Part shown: positions 12,078 through 26,767 of the stretch, in pieces | Layout of the letters: every line of letters starts with the position of its first letter | Position numbering within the stretch: the first letter of the stretch is position 1 | Source of the DNA: Octopus vulgaris | Taxonomy: Eukaryota | Assembly (NCBI GenBank): GCA_951406725.2 | Contig: OX597816.1 | Coordinates: 71,052,001-71,116,000 of the forward strand | Direction of reading: 5' to 3' | DNA length: 64,000 nt | Notes under the pieces: generated by a model | What the model was told of the DNA's origin: nothing | The model's input: the letters and a program-made list of their open reading frames with translations, nothing else | The model's database searches: none | Position numbers and translations under genes: made by a program

Positions 12078-14170
12078 TGTTATTAAGGCGACTAGCTGGT
12101 AGAATCGTTTACACACCGGACAAAATTCTTAGTGCCATTTCTTCCAGCTGTTTACGTTGAGAGATCAAATTCCACTGAGGTCGATTTTACGTCTCATTCC
12201 TTCGGGGGTCGAAAAAATAAGGTGCCAGTCAAGTACTTGGTCGATGCAGTCGACTATCCACCTCCTGCAAAAGTGCTGACATTATGCGAAAGCTGGAAAG
12301 AGTTATTTATTTTATTTATCTTTTTATTTGATGTGACTAAGATAATGTTTGGAGTGACGTATCGCTCCGTTAGACATCGGAGATCTACGTTAGCGTAGGA
12401 AATGTTTCACGCTACGACTAAAAGAACTCAGAATGCGAAGAGTCGGAACAGTTCTCGTGAAGCATTCTGTCAAACGTTTCTATCACTCTAGGACTGAAAC
12501 TTTATTTAATCGATTATCGAAAAGGATGGTAAACAACATTGATTTAAGCAGAATTTAACTCAGTTTGCAGATAGCTGCAACAGATCTCGAGAGGCACAAC
12601 ATTCTAATCATTTTGCCACTCAACTGCCCAGGATAGAACTCTTTCATCAACTTCCGAAAGAATGAGAAGTAAAGTTGACCTCAGCAGGATTTGAACTCTG
12701 AACGTAGATAAACATTGTAAGGTAAGCGACCTGACGCTCTGACGACTGTGCCAAACTGTTGCCTTGAAAAAATTAACATAAAAAACTTTACATGTTCTCT
12801 TGTACACAGTAAACCAATATATTTATAATTTTGGTCTGTTTATACCAGCTTTATGTCGACATAGACCACAAAGAGATTTTTCAAATCCTAAAGTTTACAT
12901 TATCAAAACTGTTAGCATATGAATCATTGAACAGGTCTCTTACGTGGTCCGGTTATTTGATTTGCTATACAAGAAATAACGACCAAATTTCCTTCAAAAC
13001 AAGTTACCCTGCCATTAGTGGTGTTATCAACCAGAGGTTAAGCAATTAGATGAGTGGTGCGGTTGGAAATGCTGCATAATATGCCAGGAAAGACACAAAA
13101 AGAGAGGTTTCTAGTTTTTTACTAGGCGAATATATTAAGTTGGGTTATGTTGGTCAAAAACTTCCACAATGGACACAGCATTAAAGCTGTCTCATCAACG
13201 CCTTTCTGCTCTCTTTCGCTTTTACTAATCTTTCATTTCAACCACTAATTCATGAAAATGATACATAAACAAATAAGTATCACATCATATCACAAGTCAG
13301 GTGTCAAACTGTATTGTAACACCTTTAATATACTACAGCCAAATAGTCGTAAAACTGTAATAAATTTTCCTTTACACCTCGACACACCTAGGAATTATCG
13401 ATGCCGTATTGATGTGTTGCGACTTGCAGTGTGCAAACTTCTGCATTACTCACATTATCAGCACATATCCTAAAATCTTTAGTTTAATGTAGACGTTTCA
13501 CAGCTGTAAGTACACACTATGACAAGGTCCAACGGGGACGAAACGCATGAAGTATTCTCGCTAGCTGCTGCAAGAACAATTTTCGTCTCCCACAGGTATA
13601 TTGTGTTTTCGAACACAGTAAGTCCGTAAGAGATGTTTGTCCTAGACGAATACTGCAGTATACTGGCCTATCAACAGTGTACATACATTAAGCATGTTAC
13701 ATACATAGTTACTTTAATTTAGTATTGCTTCTATTGCATATAATAGATTTTTATTCGGCCAAACGATTATTCGCAAAATCAGTGAATGCTTTCTTCCTCG
13801 TTTCTTATATGACGGAGACAATGAATTCTCATTCGAACATGTGAGTACGTGCTCTGACATGGCCCTGTGACGCCTAAGTGCATCTGGCGTCTCTCACTAG
13901 GCCCTGCCGGGTCGATTTTGGAAGAATCTGATCATAGGTTTCCTTGATCATAGTTGACCTGGAGCTAAGCAACAACATCAGTAACATCATTGATATCCTA
14001 ATTACCACTGTATATGCTAAATACCCCAATGTTCACATCCACTGGGTATCTAGCCTCAGCAACAATACGGATTTTTGCTTTCAACTCAAGTATTTGTGTA
14101 TCATATATTTGGTTTGTATTTGATAGAAATTTTCATCGAAATGTTCCGTCGATATTCCTTGCGTTGAATA

Positions 14171-14470
14171 TACACTAATCCCTCGATTATCGCGTGTGTT
14201 ACATTCCAAAACCTCCCGCAATAGGTGAAATATATTTTGACTAATGTGTTATACAGGGCAGTAATGTACTGTATTTTTACTTAATTTATATATTTTTTAG
14301 GCGTGAAAATGCTTATTTTACAACAGAAATAATTAAAATCTAAAAAGAATATAAATACCTATCAGTCGCAGAAACCCGCGATATACTGAGGAGTCCGCGA
14401 TATAAATTTACGTATATTAGCCAGAAAAATCTGCGATATACTAAGTGCGCGATAGGTGAACCGCGATATG
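14171..14470 (+). mobile_element. pogo/Tigger-like MITE remnant
   Basis: tacactaatccctcgattatcgcg...cccgcaataggtgaa left end and repeated ccgcgatat / gcgataggtgaaccgcgata subterminal motifs. Confidence 0.55.
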
Positions 14471-14579
14471 AATATCATCAACGTTCTTTTTAATATATTT
14501 ATACTTTTATGTATGTATTTACTATTTGGTGTTGTTTATATCTTTTATGTATAAATTTTGTATATTTACTATTTACCAG

Positions 14580-14825
14580 TGGAGACGCGTGGCTTATTGG
14601 TTAGAGTGTCAGCATCAGGATCGTAAGATTGTGGTTTCGATTCCTGGACCGGGCGACGCGTTGTGTTCTTGAGCAAAACACTTCATTTCACGTTGCTCCA
14701 GTCCACTCAGCTGGCAAAAATGAGTAACGCTGCGATGGACTAGCGTCCAGTCCAGCTGGGGAACACATACGTCATTGAAACCGGGAAACCGGGCCCATGA
14801 GTCTGACTAAACTTTAAAAGGGCGT
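14580..14825 (+). mobile_element. Family C SINE
   Basis: tRNA-like head plus ttgagcaaaacacttcatttcacgttgctccagtccactcagctggc core. Confidence 0.8.
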
Positions 14826-15382
14826 ATTTTTTTCTTTTTTTTTACTATTTACCAGGATTATATATTTACCAATTTTCAACAAAGGAATAGAAAATAAAAT
14901 AAATTTCAGTCGAAAACTGCAATTTATGGTATTATGTTTAATTCGTTTGTTACGCGCGTTTCGACACCACATGGAATATACATTTCATGAATATAAATAC
15001 TAAAGTAAATATGAATAGAAATGGAATTGTAATATTACAACACATTAATGTAAATCTCCGACAAAGGTTCAAAAGTAACACTACTTACACTTGGAAGATT
15101 AGTTAAATACAGTTTTCCTACAAAATATATAATTTGCCAGCATTATATAGTACTATTTTTCAGTTTTATATAGCCCCTAAATGCTAACTTTATAGATATT
15201 CACTATGTAACTTTATGTATTTACTATCTGCCATTTATATTTACTATTTAACACCATCGTGTATCGCTTCAAAGTTCCATCAGATGGCATTATATATTGT
15301 TTTAACAAGAAAGCCATATCACATATAAAGACAGGTGTCCCTTAGTACGATTTTAGACTCTGTTTTGAAAAACTGTGTGATG

Positions 15383-15900
15383 CAGAAGTTTCCAAACTGC
15401 ATTTCGTAACACTCCAGTGGGCTGTCAATAAATTTATAGGCGTGTCAAGTAATGACGGAAGATTTATTAGATTCTTACAAGCATTTGACAGTGCAGTTTA
15501 TTTGCGGTCTTACAAGTTTGTACACAATTTGACACGGGACAGGTGACATGTAAAATGATATTTATTCGTTTATTTATTAATTTCACGAAAGAAAGTAATA
15601 AAAAATCGGAGATGGGCAGAAAGGTGCTTATGAATCTGTCTTGCTTTCGGCAGCAATGCCGTATCCATTATGGAGATTCGCATCCTAAACATAACATGGC
15701 TTGATTTGTTTTTAATGCGATTTGAAAGCCTTCTTTTAATGTCCTCCACAGAAAAACCTGACATATTCAACATCTCCACTTGCATCTTGTAGTAAAAACC
15801 AAAGACGGCCAGACAGGGGTTTGTGAGTCTAATATGTCTTCGGCAATAGTGTTAAGTCTTAAGATGAGCAAGTATTAAGATGTTCAACCTTGACATACCA
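15383..15900 (-). mobile_element. Decayed hAT (Charlie-like) transposon end
   Basis: The minus ORF segment SGFSVEDIKRRLSNRIK...ARQIHKHLSAH resembles the hAT dimerization-domain C-terminus (SGFS..IK..RNRL...Q.H.SH). A hAT-like terminus cagaagtttccaaactg sits at 15383. Confidence 0.45.
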
Positions 15901-15966
15901 TAGTTTAACTTCTTTTAAATGCGTGTCGTAAATGAGTATCGCCAACGTGAAAAGTCTCGAACGTCC

Positions 15967-16016
<50 letters not shown>

Positions 16017-16059
16017 CATGCATACATATGTGTGTGTGTGTGTATATATATATGGTTGT

Positions 16060-16250
16060 GTGTGTGTGTTTGTCCCCCCAACATCACTTGACAACCGATG
16101 TTGGTGTGGTTACGTTTCCGTAACTTAGCGGTTCGGCAAAAGAGACCGATAGAATAAGTACTAGGCTTCCAAAGAATAAGTCCTGGGGTCGATTTGCACG
16201 ACTAAAGGCGGTGCTCCAGGTCAAATGACTGAAAAAAGTAAGAGTAAAAA
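16060..16250 (+). mobile_element. Family B SINE 3' half
   Basis: cttgacaaccgatg...taacttagcggttcggcaaaagagaccgatagaataagtac...ggcggtgctccag. Confidence 0.8.
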
Positions 16251-16807
16251 ATGAGTGTCTGTGTGTGTTTGCGCGCGTGTGTGTTTGCACGCGTGTGTGT
16301 AATATGTATTCGTACTTATATATATATATATGCATATGCATATAAGTACATAAATACACACGTATGCATCCATGTGTGTCTGTGTGTGTTTACTGCATAT
16401 GTACAATTTATGGTGGTATGGTACAAAACCTGATGGCAACGGTGGGGATTGTAGTATGTCAGCGATAGTTGATGAGGGTGATGGAGGTGTTATTGCCATA
16501 CTGATTGCACCGATGGATGTATTCGTGCCCGTAGAGATCGCTGTGGTATTAGCGATACTGGTGCTATGGTGATGCTGGTGATGAAAGTGGCGAGCTTTAA
16601 TGTCATCTCATAAGTATTGGCAGCGGTTGGGTTAGCAGTCGATGTGTTGTTATTGGAACTACATCATATCTGCTTGAGAAAACCTATAATCAAATGCCTT
16701 CTAAGCGTGACCATTCCATTTGTTTTTTTTTTTAGCCATAGCGATGACCCCCCCGAACACTATTATCCAATGTTTATTATCTTTTATATCATTATCATGA
16801 CTATTAC

Positions 16808-16850
<43 letters not shown>

Positions 16851-16852
16851 GC

Positions 16853-16892
<40 letters not shown>

Positions 16893-16894
16893 GA

Positions 16895-17290
16895 GGATGC
16901 GAACTGGCAGAATCGCGAGCACGCTGGAAGAAATACTGAGCGGCATTTCTACCGGTTTTTTACGTTCTCAGTTCAAATTCCGCCGAGGTCAACTTTGCCT
17001 TTCATCCTTCGGGGGTCGATAAATTAAGTACCAGTGAAACACTGGGGTCGATGTAATCGACTAGTCCCCTCCCCACAAATTTCAGGCCTAGTCCTATAAG
17101 TAGAAAGGATTATTTTGTCCAGCACACTGGACAAAATGTTTAGCGGCATTTCGTCCGTCTTTACGTTTTCAGTTCAAATTCCGCCGAGGTTGGCTTTGCC
17201 TTTCATCCCTTCAGGGTCGATAAAATATGTATCACGGAGCACCACCCATCCACAAAATTTCCGGCCTTGTGGCTTTAATAGAAATAATTA
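16895..17290 (+). mobile_element. Family A SINE copies (alternative 3' tail)
   Basis: Core gttcaaattccgccgaggt occurs twice. Confidence 0.8.
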
Positions 17291-18049
17291 TTATTATTGT
17301 AGCTAAAGACAGTAGGTTTCGGTTAAATGAAATTTAACTACTATTTCTAGCATCGAGAGCAACCACGTTGATATGTCCCCTGGGACGCGGCAGCACTCAT
17401 GTTAGTAGTTATAGCTGTGGTGATGGCTCAATGAACAAACGGCCGTCAAATGTCAAAAGCTGAGCTTTCGCAACGACGTTCGCTTTCCTTTCCTTTCTCC
17501 ATTGAAGAGCGTTTGACATTTTGAGAACGACGCAGATTCGGCGCTCAAGATTGCTGTCCCTGATATAATGTAAAACGCTGGTGGGTGACAGGGTGGTTAG
17601 CCATTGTGTGTATTCTTGTCGGATTGCTTAAGCGAAATGAATCTCCGTATAGAATTTTTTTCTAAAAGCGTGTTATCCAACGTCTGCTTTCATAAGCGTT
17701 ATGTTGACTCCTCTTCAACCACTTCTCACATGAAACCGCCATATTGTTTTGCATTGTGTAAAAGAATAATCTATTTACTTAAATGCGAAAGAGATTACAG
17801 ACACCCTCCGCTATCACCACCGCCCCAGCTGTTAATGGCCTGTTAAGAAGATTGTTTGTCCCCCTCTCACTCTATCCCTTTCTCTTTCTCTCTCTCCCTG
17901 TCTATCTTCTCTTTTCCTTTCTCTCTCTCTCTCTCTCTCTTTCTTCATCTCCCTCGCCCTACCTAGTCCCTTTCTCTGTGTCTGTGTACCTCAGTCTCTC
18001 TCTCTCTTTCTCTCTCTGTATGTCTCTATGTGTTTATATGTCTTATGTT

Positions 18050-18050
18050 T

Positions 18051-18145
<95 letters not shown>

Positions 18146-18189
18146 TTGTCTGCCTTTGTCTATCAAAACTAGCCATTAGTTAGTATATG

Positions 18190-18239
<50 letters not shown>

Positions 18240-18268
18240 TATATGTGTGTGTGTGTATGTATATATAA

Positions 18269-18299
<31 letters not shown>

Positions 18300-18520
18300 T
18301 ATATATACATATATATATACATATATATATATATGTATATATGTATATATGTATAAATGTATATATGTATATATGTATAAATATATATATGTATATATGT
18401 ATATATGTATATATGTATATATGTATATATGTATAAATATATATATGTATATATGTATATATGTATAAATATATATATATGTATATATATGTATATATGT
18501 ATATATATATATATATATAT

Positions 18521-18576
<56 letters not shown>

Positions 18577-18643
18577 ATATATATATATATGTATCTATAT
18601 ATATGTATATATATATATGTATATATATATGTATATATGTATA

Positions 18644-18678
<35 letters not shown>

Positions 18679-18931
18679 ATGTGTATATACATATATATAT
18701 TTATACATTTATACATATATATATATTTATACATATATACATATATATACATATATATACATATATATACATATATATATACATATACATATTTATCCAT
18801 ATATACATATATATATATATGTATATATGTATAAATATGTATATGTATATATATATGTATATATATGTATATATATGTATATATATGTATATATGTATAA
18901 ATATATATATATGTATATATGTATAAATATA

Positions 18932-18976
<45 letters not shown>

Positions 18977-19019
18977 ATATATGTATAAATATATATATGC
19001 ATATATGTATAAATATATG

Positions 19020-19054
<35 letters not shown>

Positions 19055-19110
19055 ATATATGTATAAGTATATATATATGTATATATGTATATATGTATAA
19101 ATATATATAT
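18050..19110. repeat. (TA)n/(TATG)n-rich microsatellite block
   Basis: Directly visible. Confidence 0.95.
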
Positions 19111-19113
19111 GTA

Positions 19114-19504
19114 CTAGCAGTATCGCCCGGCGTTGTTCGGGTTTGTAAGGGAAATAACTATATAAGCATTTTTAGAGAGTTATGGCCAAAAAATAGCAAA
19201 AAAATGCATTAAAATGGAAAAAAATGATGGTAATTTTTTTTTAAATCGTTGACTCATCGTAGACATTTTAGAGATTACTTCCCTTATATAATAGCGAAAA
19301 AATGCATTAAAATGGAAAAAATGATGTTAATTTTTTTTTAAATCGTAGACTCATCGTAGACGCGCGCTAATATCCAGAAGGGCTTGATATGAATCACGAC
19401 TATAAGATACCCGGTTTTGGTTACACTGCACCGCAAAATGTGGGAGTAGTTAGGAATCTAAATCGTAGGAGACAGACACACAACTTCACTTTTATATATA
19501 AAGA
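19114..19504 (-). mobile_element. Non-autonomous Helitron
   Basis: The minus strand starts TCtttatatataaaagtg and ends with the hairpin cccgaacaacgccggg followed by CTAG, between A and T. Confidence 0.85.
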
Positions 19505-19509
19505 TATAT

Positions 19510-19902
19510 ATTTATATACATAAAAGTGAAGTTGTGTGAGTGTCTGTCTCCTACGATTTAGATTCCTAACTACTCCCACATTTTGCGGTGCAGTTTAACC
19601 AAAACCGGGTATCTTATAGTCGTGATTCATATCAAGGCCTTCTGGCTATTAGCGCGCGTCTACGATGAGTCTACGATTTAAAAAAAAATTAACATCATTT
19701 TTTCCATTTTAATGCATTTTTTCGCTATTATATAAGGGAAGTAACTCTCTAAAATGTCTACGATGAGTCAACGATTTAAAAAAAAATTACCATCTTTTTC
19801 CATTTTAATGCATTTTTTTGCTATTTTTTGGCCATAACTCTCTAAAAATGCTTATATAGTTATTTCCCTTACAAACCCGAACAACGCCGGGCGATACTGC
19901 TA

Positions 19903-19903
<1 letters not shown>
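19510..19903 (+). mobile_element. Non-autonomous Helitron, inverted twin of 19114-19504
   Basis: Near-identical reverse complement; ends cccgaacaacgccgggcgatactgCTAG-t. Confidence 0.85.
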
Positions 19904-19957
<54 letters not shown>

Positions 19958-20034
19958 AAATGGGGCAAGAACGCAAAACATCCAGATAGTTAGGTGATAC
20001 AAAAAAGGGACAACAAAACATCCATATAGACGAT

Positions 20035-20357
20035 ACAAAAAATAGCAAAAAAATAGCTAAAAAATGGGGAAAAAATGATGGTAAATTTTTTTTGAGAGTT
20101 AAAAAGGTCGAGTTGCGTCCCCTAGACAGTCTGTGGTTTGTGTTTCTGATTCTCGACCCCATGTCGAATTTATCGATTTTTTCAGAACTGGGGGAACTTT
20201 TCAAAATTTTCGCTGCGTTAGTTTTGAATTATGACATTGGGCTATGTGTGTGTCAAGTTTCATCAGAATCGGTTGAAAGCCGTGGTCAGGGTGAGGGTAC
20301 AACCTGACAGACACACAGACACGCAGACAGACAAACTGCCGTTTATATATAGAGAGA
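20035..20357 (-). mobile_element. 3'-truncated non-autonomous Helitron
   Basis: 5' end TCtctctatatataaacggcagtttgtctgtctg on the minus strand; shares aaaatgatggtaaatttt with the adjacent Helitrons. Confidence 0.65.
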
Positions 20358-20409
20358 TATATGTATAAATATATATATGTATAAATATATATATGTATAA
20401 ATATATATA

Positions 20410-20442
<33 letters not shown>

Positions 20443-20741
20443 AAATATATATATATGTATATATGTATAAATATATATATGTATATATGTATAAATATAT
20501 ATATATATGTATAAATATTATATATGTATATATGTATAAATATATATATATATGTATAAATATATATGTATATAAGTATAAATATATATGTATATATGTA
20601 TAAATATATATGTATATATATATGTATAAATATATATGTATATATGTATAAATATATATGTATATATGTATAAATATATATGTATATATGTATAAATATA
20701 TATGTATATATGTATAAATATATGTATATATGTATAAATAA

Positions 20742-20806
<65 letters not shown>

Positions 20807-21112
20807 TATAAGTGTGTGTGTGTGTATGTATATATGTATAAATAAATAAATATATATATATATGTATATATGTATAAATATATATAAGTATGTATATATG
20901 TATGTTTATATCTATGTATATATGTGTATATATATATATATATATTCGTTCAGTTTGTCGGCAGAAAGGGTATTGGATACCACATTAGAGATTAATGATA
21001 CCTTCATTTTGGTTCAATCAGACACTTGCTACTTTGAGTTTCGCCTGTGAATACGCAGGGTCTTATACATATATATGTGTGTGTACACACACACATATAT
21101 CTATACACATAC

Positions 21113-21143
<31 letters not shown>

Positions 21144-21210
21144 TGTATGTATGTATGTATGTATGTATGTATGTATGTATGTATGTATGTATGTATGTAC
21201 GTATATACAT
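20358..21210. repeat. (TA)n/(TATG)n microsatellite block
   Basis: Directly visible. Confidence 0.9.
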
Positions 21211-22364
21211 ACACACATGTATAGTGTGTGTAATATTAATGTTTGTTTTTATGAGAAGTTATATATAAAAACAAGTTAACACTAAATTGAAGGGATTACT
21301 CAATACTTTTTAATAGACTACGTACTTATTAGTTTTTGTAAAGGAAAAGCTGACAGTGACTTCGAAGTTTCCGCTTGCTCGTCATCGTGATGCTGTTAAG
21401 CTCGTGACAGCAAGAGAACCGAAGCTTTGACTTTCGTCCATGTAAAAATTAATATGTAAAAGTATTATAAATTGCATGAAATCTTATGATGTGTGAATGG
21501 CATTCATGTTTTGAAAAATCTTTGAACAGTTCAGGAGAGAATTTAGGCAAAATATAAATGGTGATACCAATAAATAAAAACAAAAGAAATTGTATCACCT
21601 TATATGGTTTATTTAAAGCTTTCGTTATATTTCGGGAAAGATACCCCTTATCAGCTATGGAAAGAAAATAATCCAAGAATTCGGAGAAAAATGTTATTGG
21701 CAGCCCATAAGTGTGTATATATGTACGCATATCATGTGTATGTTTATACATTCTGTACGTGTAAAAATTAGGAATTAATATCGATAAATTTATTAAGGAA
21801 ACCCAACTTTGACAATCACTTTAAAGTGAACAGCAAGCGTCTGGAGCACTAGTTGTGCAAGCCTGCTTCAAATTATAGTTGCCATTGATTAGGTGCTTAA
21901 ATGCTGTTTAAAATTAAGATATTGCAGTTCGAACAGTCCTGTGGTACACAAGTAATCCGGCCAACCAAGCAGATACGATCCTCAGATACAAATTCCCAGT
22001 TGTTTCATGTCTCCGTTTTACTGATGACTACACTGCGCACTCCGGCAGCAATAATGAATGGTATGAGGTACAGTGTAAAAGCATGGGTATGTTTTTGTCT
22101 TACCAGTGACAAACCATTCTCCGTATACCTCTAGGTGTCGACGACAGAGGTAAGCAAAATGGAGTTGGTCAGAGGCAGTGTTGTGAGGGTGCTTTTTTTA
22201 AGTAGAGTTGTAGGATGTTGTACATGTGTCTATTATATTTGGAGATATTTGTACATGTGATGACATGGACTGTGAGAGTTGAAGTTTACCGCAGTAACAA
22301 ACTATGTCACTTGCATGTGGAGGTGGTCTTTTAGTTTTAACTCTTCTTATGATTTGTGGGTATA

Positions 22365-22563
22365 CAGGGTGTCCACATGGAGTAAATAAAATCATAACAT
22401 AAACAATTGAATATAAGAAATAATAATTTCTTAAAATATGTGTTAATCCACATGTGGGTACATGGAGTAAATAAAATCATAACATAAAGAATTAAACATA
22501 AGAAATAATAATTTCTTAAAGTATGTGTTAATCCCCATGTATCCAGACTTTATGGACACCTTG
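22365..22563. mobile_element. Tc1/mariner MITE with an internal ~84-bp tandem duplication
   Basis: TA-cagggtgtcca ... tggacaccttg-TA; acatggagtaaataaaatcataacataaa...tatgtgttaatcc is duplicated. Confidence 0.75.
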
Positions 22564-22811
22564 TAGTTTGTATACAACTCGTGATCGTGCATAATGCTCT
22601 GTTTTCTGTACATAGTTTACTGCGGCTCGTAGTGTTAAGATTGCGGCCCAGATAGAACTATCATAATCGGTGATGCATTCAATATATTGATTTATGTCGC
22701 CATTGTTAGTGTTTCTTCTTTGTTATGCAAAGATGATTGGTTATTTGTGATTATGATTAAGTTTCAGTAAGTTTGATCCCTGTTTTACTATTTTTACTAA
22801 ATCTTCTATAT

Positions 22812-23160
22812 CAGGGGTTCTCAACTGGGATCCATATGGCCCTTGAAGGTCCATATAAGACTTTTGGGGTCCGTGCAACAGAATAGTTAACTGGTGATCC
22901 ACAGAAGTATTTTAAAGGTCTTTGGAAAGCATTTTGCTTTAGATGTATGTATTGGAGTACATTGCAAGAAACAGTCAGGTATTTTTCTCTAACGTTTTAC
23001 ATGGTCCAACCTACACAAGTGAATGTGTGAAGAACAAAATAGAAATTTCGAAAGAAGTTTCTATAAAACTAGTTTTTAAACATCGAATGGTTATGGGGGT
23101 CCACCAGAATAAAATAGTAATCAAAGGGATCCATAGATAAAAAATAGTTGAAAACCCCTG
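22812..23160. mobile_element. hAT (Charlie-like) MITE
   Basis: TIR caggggttctcaac / gttgaaaacccctg; 8-bp TSD ttctatat / ttctatac. Confidence 0.85.
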
Positions 23161-23301
23161 TTCTATACGTTATAGAAGAGTTGCATGTAACTCTTATTAT
23201 ATTTGTCGTCTTTGTATGATAGGTTCATGTAGTGGAGTAAGATCTTCTGGGCAAAGGTGCATAGTTATCTGTGGTTGCTCTCAATATATTTGTGTATCAT
23301 G

Positions 23302-23532
23302 AGGCGGCGAGCTGGCAGAAACGTTAGCGCGCCGGGTGAAATGCTTAGCGGTATTTCGTCTGTCGTTACGTTCTGAGTTCAAATTCCGCCGAGGTCGACT
23401 TTGCCTTTCATCCTCTCGGGGTCGATAAATTTAGTACCAGTTACGCACTGGGGTCGATGTAATCGACTTAACCCCTTTGTCTGTCCTTGTTTGTCCCCTC
23501 TATGTTTAGCTCCTTGTGGGTAGTAAAGAACT
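23302..23532 (+). mobile_element. Family A SINE, full length with TSD
   Basis: Consensus-like sequence flanked by tatatttgtgtatc direct repeats. Confidence 0.9.
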
Positions 23533-23619
23533 ATATATTTGTGTATCGTTTTGCTTTCTTTACTTAGTCTTCTATGTGCATTATCAATGTAGGACATGAG
23601 TTGTCTGTAGTTCGTAGTT

Positions 23620-24200
23620 TAATTGTCAAGCGCTTCCACCAACGATGTCTCAGCACCATCCTCAACATTCACTGGAGTGACTTCGTCACAAACATTGAAG
23701 TCTTGGACCGGGCCGAGATCCCCAGCATTAAAAGACATGCTACTGAAGTACCACCTCCGATGGGCAGGGCATGTCTCCAGAATGGAGAACCATCGCCTTC
23801 CAAAGATTGCCCTGTTTGGCAAACTCTCCACCGGCCACCGAGTGAGAAGAGCTCCGAGGAAGCGCTACAAAGACTGCCTCAAGAAGTCTCTAACAGCATG
23901 TCATATTAACCACGAATGCTGGTCAGACCTGGCTGCGGACCGTGATGTCTGGCGCCACACGATCTTCAACGCAGTCGCCAAGTTTGAGGAACAAAGAAGA
24001 GACGCGCTTAAAGACAAGAGACGCAGGAGGAAGGCGCGGGCCGCCTCTGACATTACACCGGATGTTACCTTCGTCTGTGGACTCTGCTCACGGACCTGCC
24101 TTTCCCATATCTGACTTGTCAGTTATGAGCGTGCATGCACGCGACGTGGACAGCCTTCCTGATCTTCGTTCGAAAATCCGAGCCATGAAGATGATGATGT
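23620..24200 (+). mobile_element. 5'-truncated RTE-clade LINE, frameshifted ORF2 C-terminus
   Basis: RFHQRCLSTILNIHWSDFVTNIEVLDRA... then LRWAGHVSRMENHRLPKIALFGKL...RKRYKDCLK...FVCGLCSRTC; short 3' UTR ending in (GAT)n. Confidence 0.85.
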
Positions 24201-24778
24201 GAGTTATATATAAATATCTGGTGGCATTGCGAATTATATGTTAATGTCCTGTGGCATTGCAAATAGGAAGAGAAACAGCGGATTTTTAGGTCTAATTTTA
24301 AATGCTTTTTTGAATGGTAATTATTGACAAGGGAGTAGAGGAAATGGTAAACTAGCAAAAGCCTTGTGGTACTTTTACGTTCCATGTTCAAATTCCAAGA
24401 ACATCAACACTGTCTTCCATCTTTGATTAAAGATGCTTCCGTGACAAACATCCCGTCTTTCTGTTATATTTCTGGCAATTTTTATCTTTCCTTCAGGCAC
24501 GATGCATCTGGTTCTATATTACCCAACGTAATCTTTGTTTTTATTTTTAAAGATTGCTGGCTGTAACTTGAGAGAAATTTAACTGCTATTTCCAGCGGCT
24601 TAAACAACCAACGAGAGTCTTCCTTCATTCATCCATGTTTTTGTTGTATGACTGTTGCAGTCAAAAGAATGACATTTCAAACAATATTTTCATGTGAAAT
24701 ATTGATGTTTATTTATGTGTATGAGAGTGTGTATGTGTAAATTTACGTGTTTCTGCGTGTATATATCCATCCATCCAT

Positions 24779-24829
<51 letters not shown>

Positions 24830-25100
24830 TGTATAAATATGTTATTGCTATAGGTTTTATGAGGAAAATCCATCAAAGGGTAATTTGCTTTCACGTAGTT
24901 TATGAGATTTGGTTGTTGCAGTTACTTTTTTTCCTTATTTTACTCTTTTTAGCTCATCCGTAAAATATAAGCAAACATATAATTACACACACACAATAAA
25001 TGAATTTCCCTTCTTTCCTAAGCGTCCAATAATACTTTATTTGTTCTACGTCCTCACGTTGTTGTGTTTTTTTTGTTTTTCTGTTTTCTTGTTTGGATTA

Positions 25101-25945
<845 letters not shown>

Positions 25946-26266
25946 CAAAACCTATTTACAAATATTCTTTCACTTTATCTTATTACCTATTTCTTTACTA
26001 CCCACAAGGGGCTAAACACAGAGAGGACATACAAAGGACATACAAAGGGATTAAGTCGATTACATCGACCCAAGTGCGTAACTGGTACTTAATTTATCGA
26101 CCCCGAAAGGATGAAAGGCAAAGTCGACGATTTAAATGAAAGGATGAAGCTCTTTCATAGTCATATCTTCCACATAAGGTGTTTGAAATAAAAGCCGTTC
26201 TCTCTCTCTCTCTCCCTCCCTGTGCATATATATATATATGTTTGTGGATGTATGTATATGTATGCT

Positions 26267-26304
<38 letters not shown>

Positions 26305-26307
<3 letters not shown>

Positions 26308-26704
26308 GCAGGAGTGGCTGTGTGGTAAGTAGCTTGTTTACCGACCACATGGTTCCGGGTTCCGGGTTCAGTCCCACTGCGTGGCACCTTGGGCAAGTGT
26401 CTTCTACTATAGCCTCGGGCCGACCAAAGCCTTGTGAGTGGATTTGGTAGACGGAAACTGAAAGAAGCCTGTCGTATATATATATATATATGTGTGTATG
26501 TGTTTGTGTGTCTGTGTTTGTCCCCCTAGCATTGCTTGACAACCGATGCTGGTGTGTTTATGTCCCCGTTACTTAGCGGTTCGGCAAAAGAGACCGATAG
26601 AATAAGTACTGGGCTTACAAAAGAATAAGTCCCGGGATCGAGTTGCTCGATTAAAGGCGGTGCTCCAGCATGGCCGCAGTCAAATGATTGAAACAAGTAA
26701 AAGA

Positions 26705-26705
<1 letters not shown>
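26305..26705 (+). mobile_element. Family B SINE, full length
   Basis: cgcaggagtggctgtgtggtaag head through tail ggcggtgctccagcatggccgcagtcaaatgattgaaacaagtaaaagag. Confidence 0.9.
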
Positions 26706-26767
<62 letters not shown>

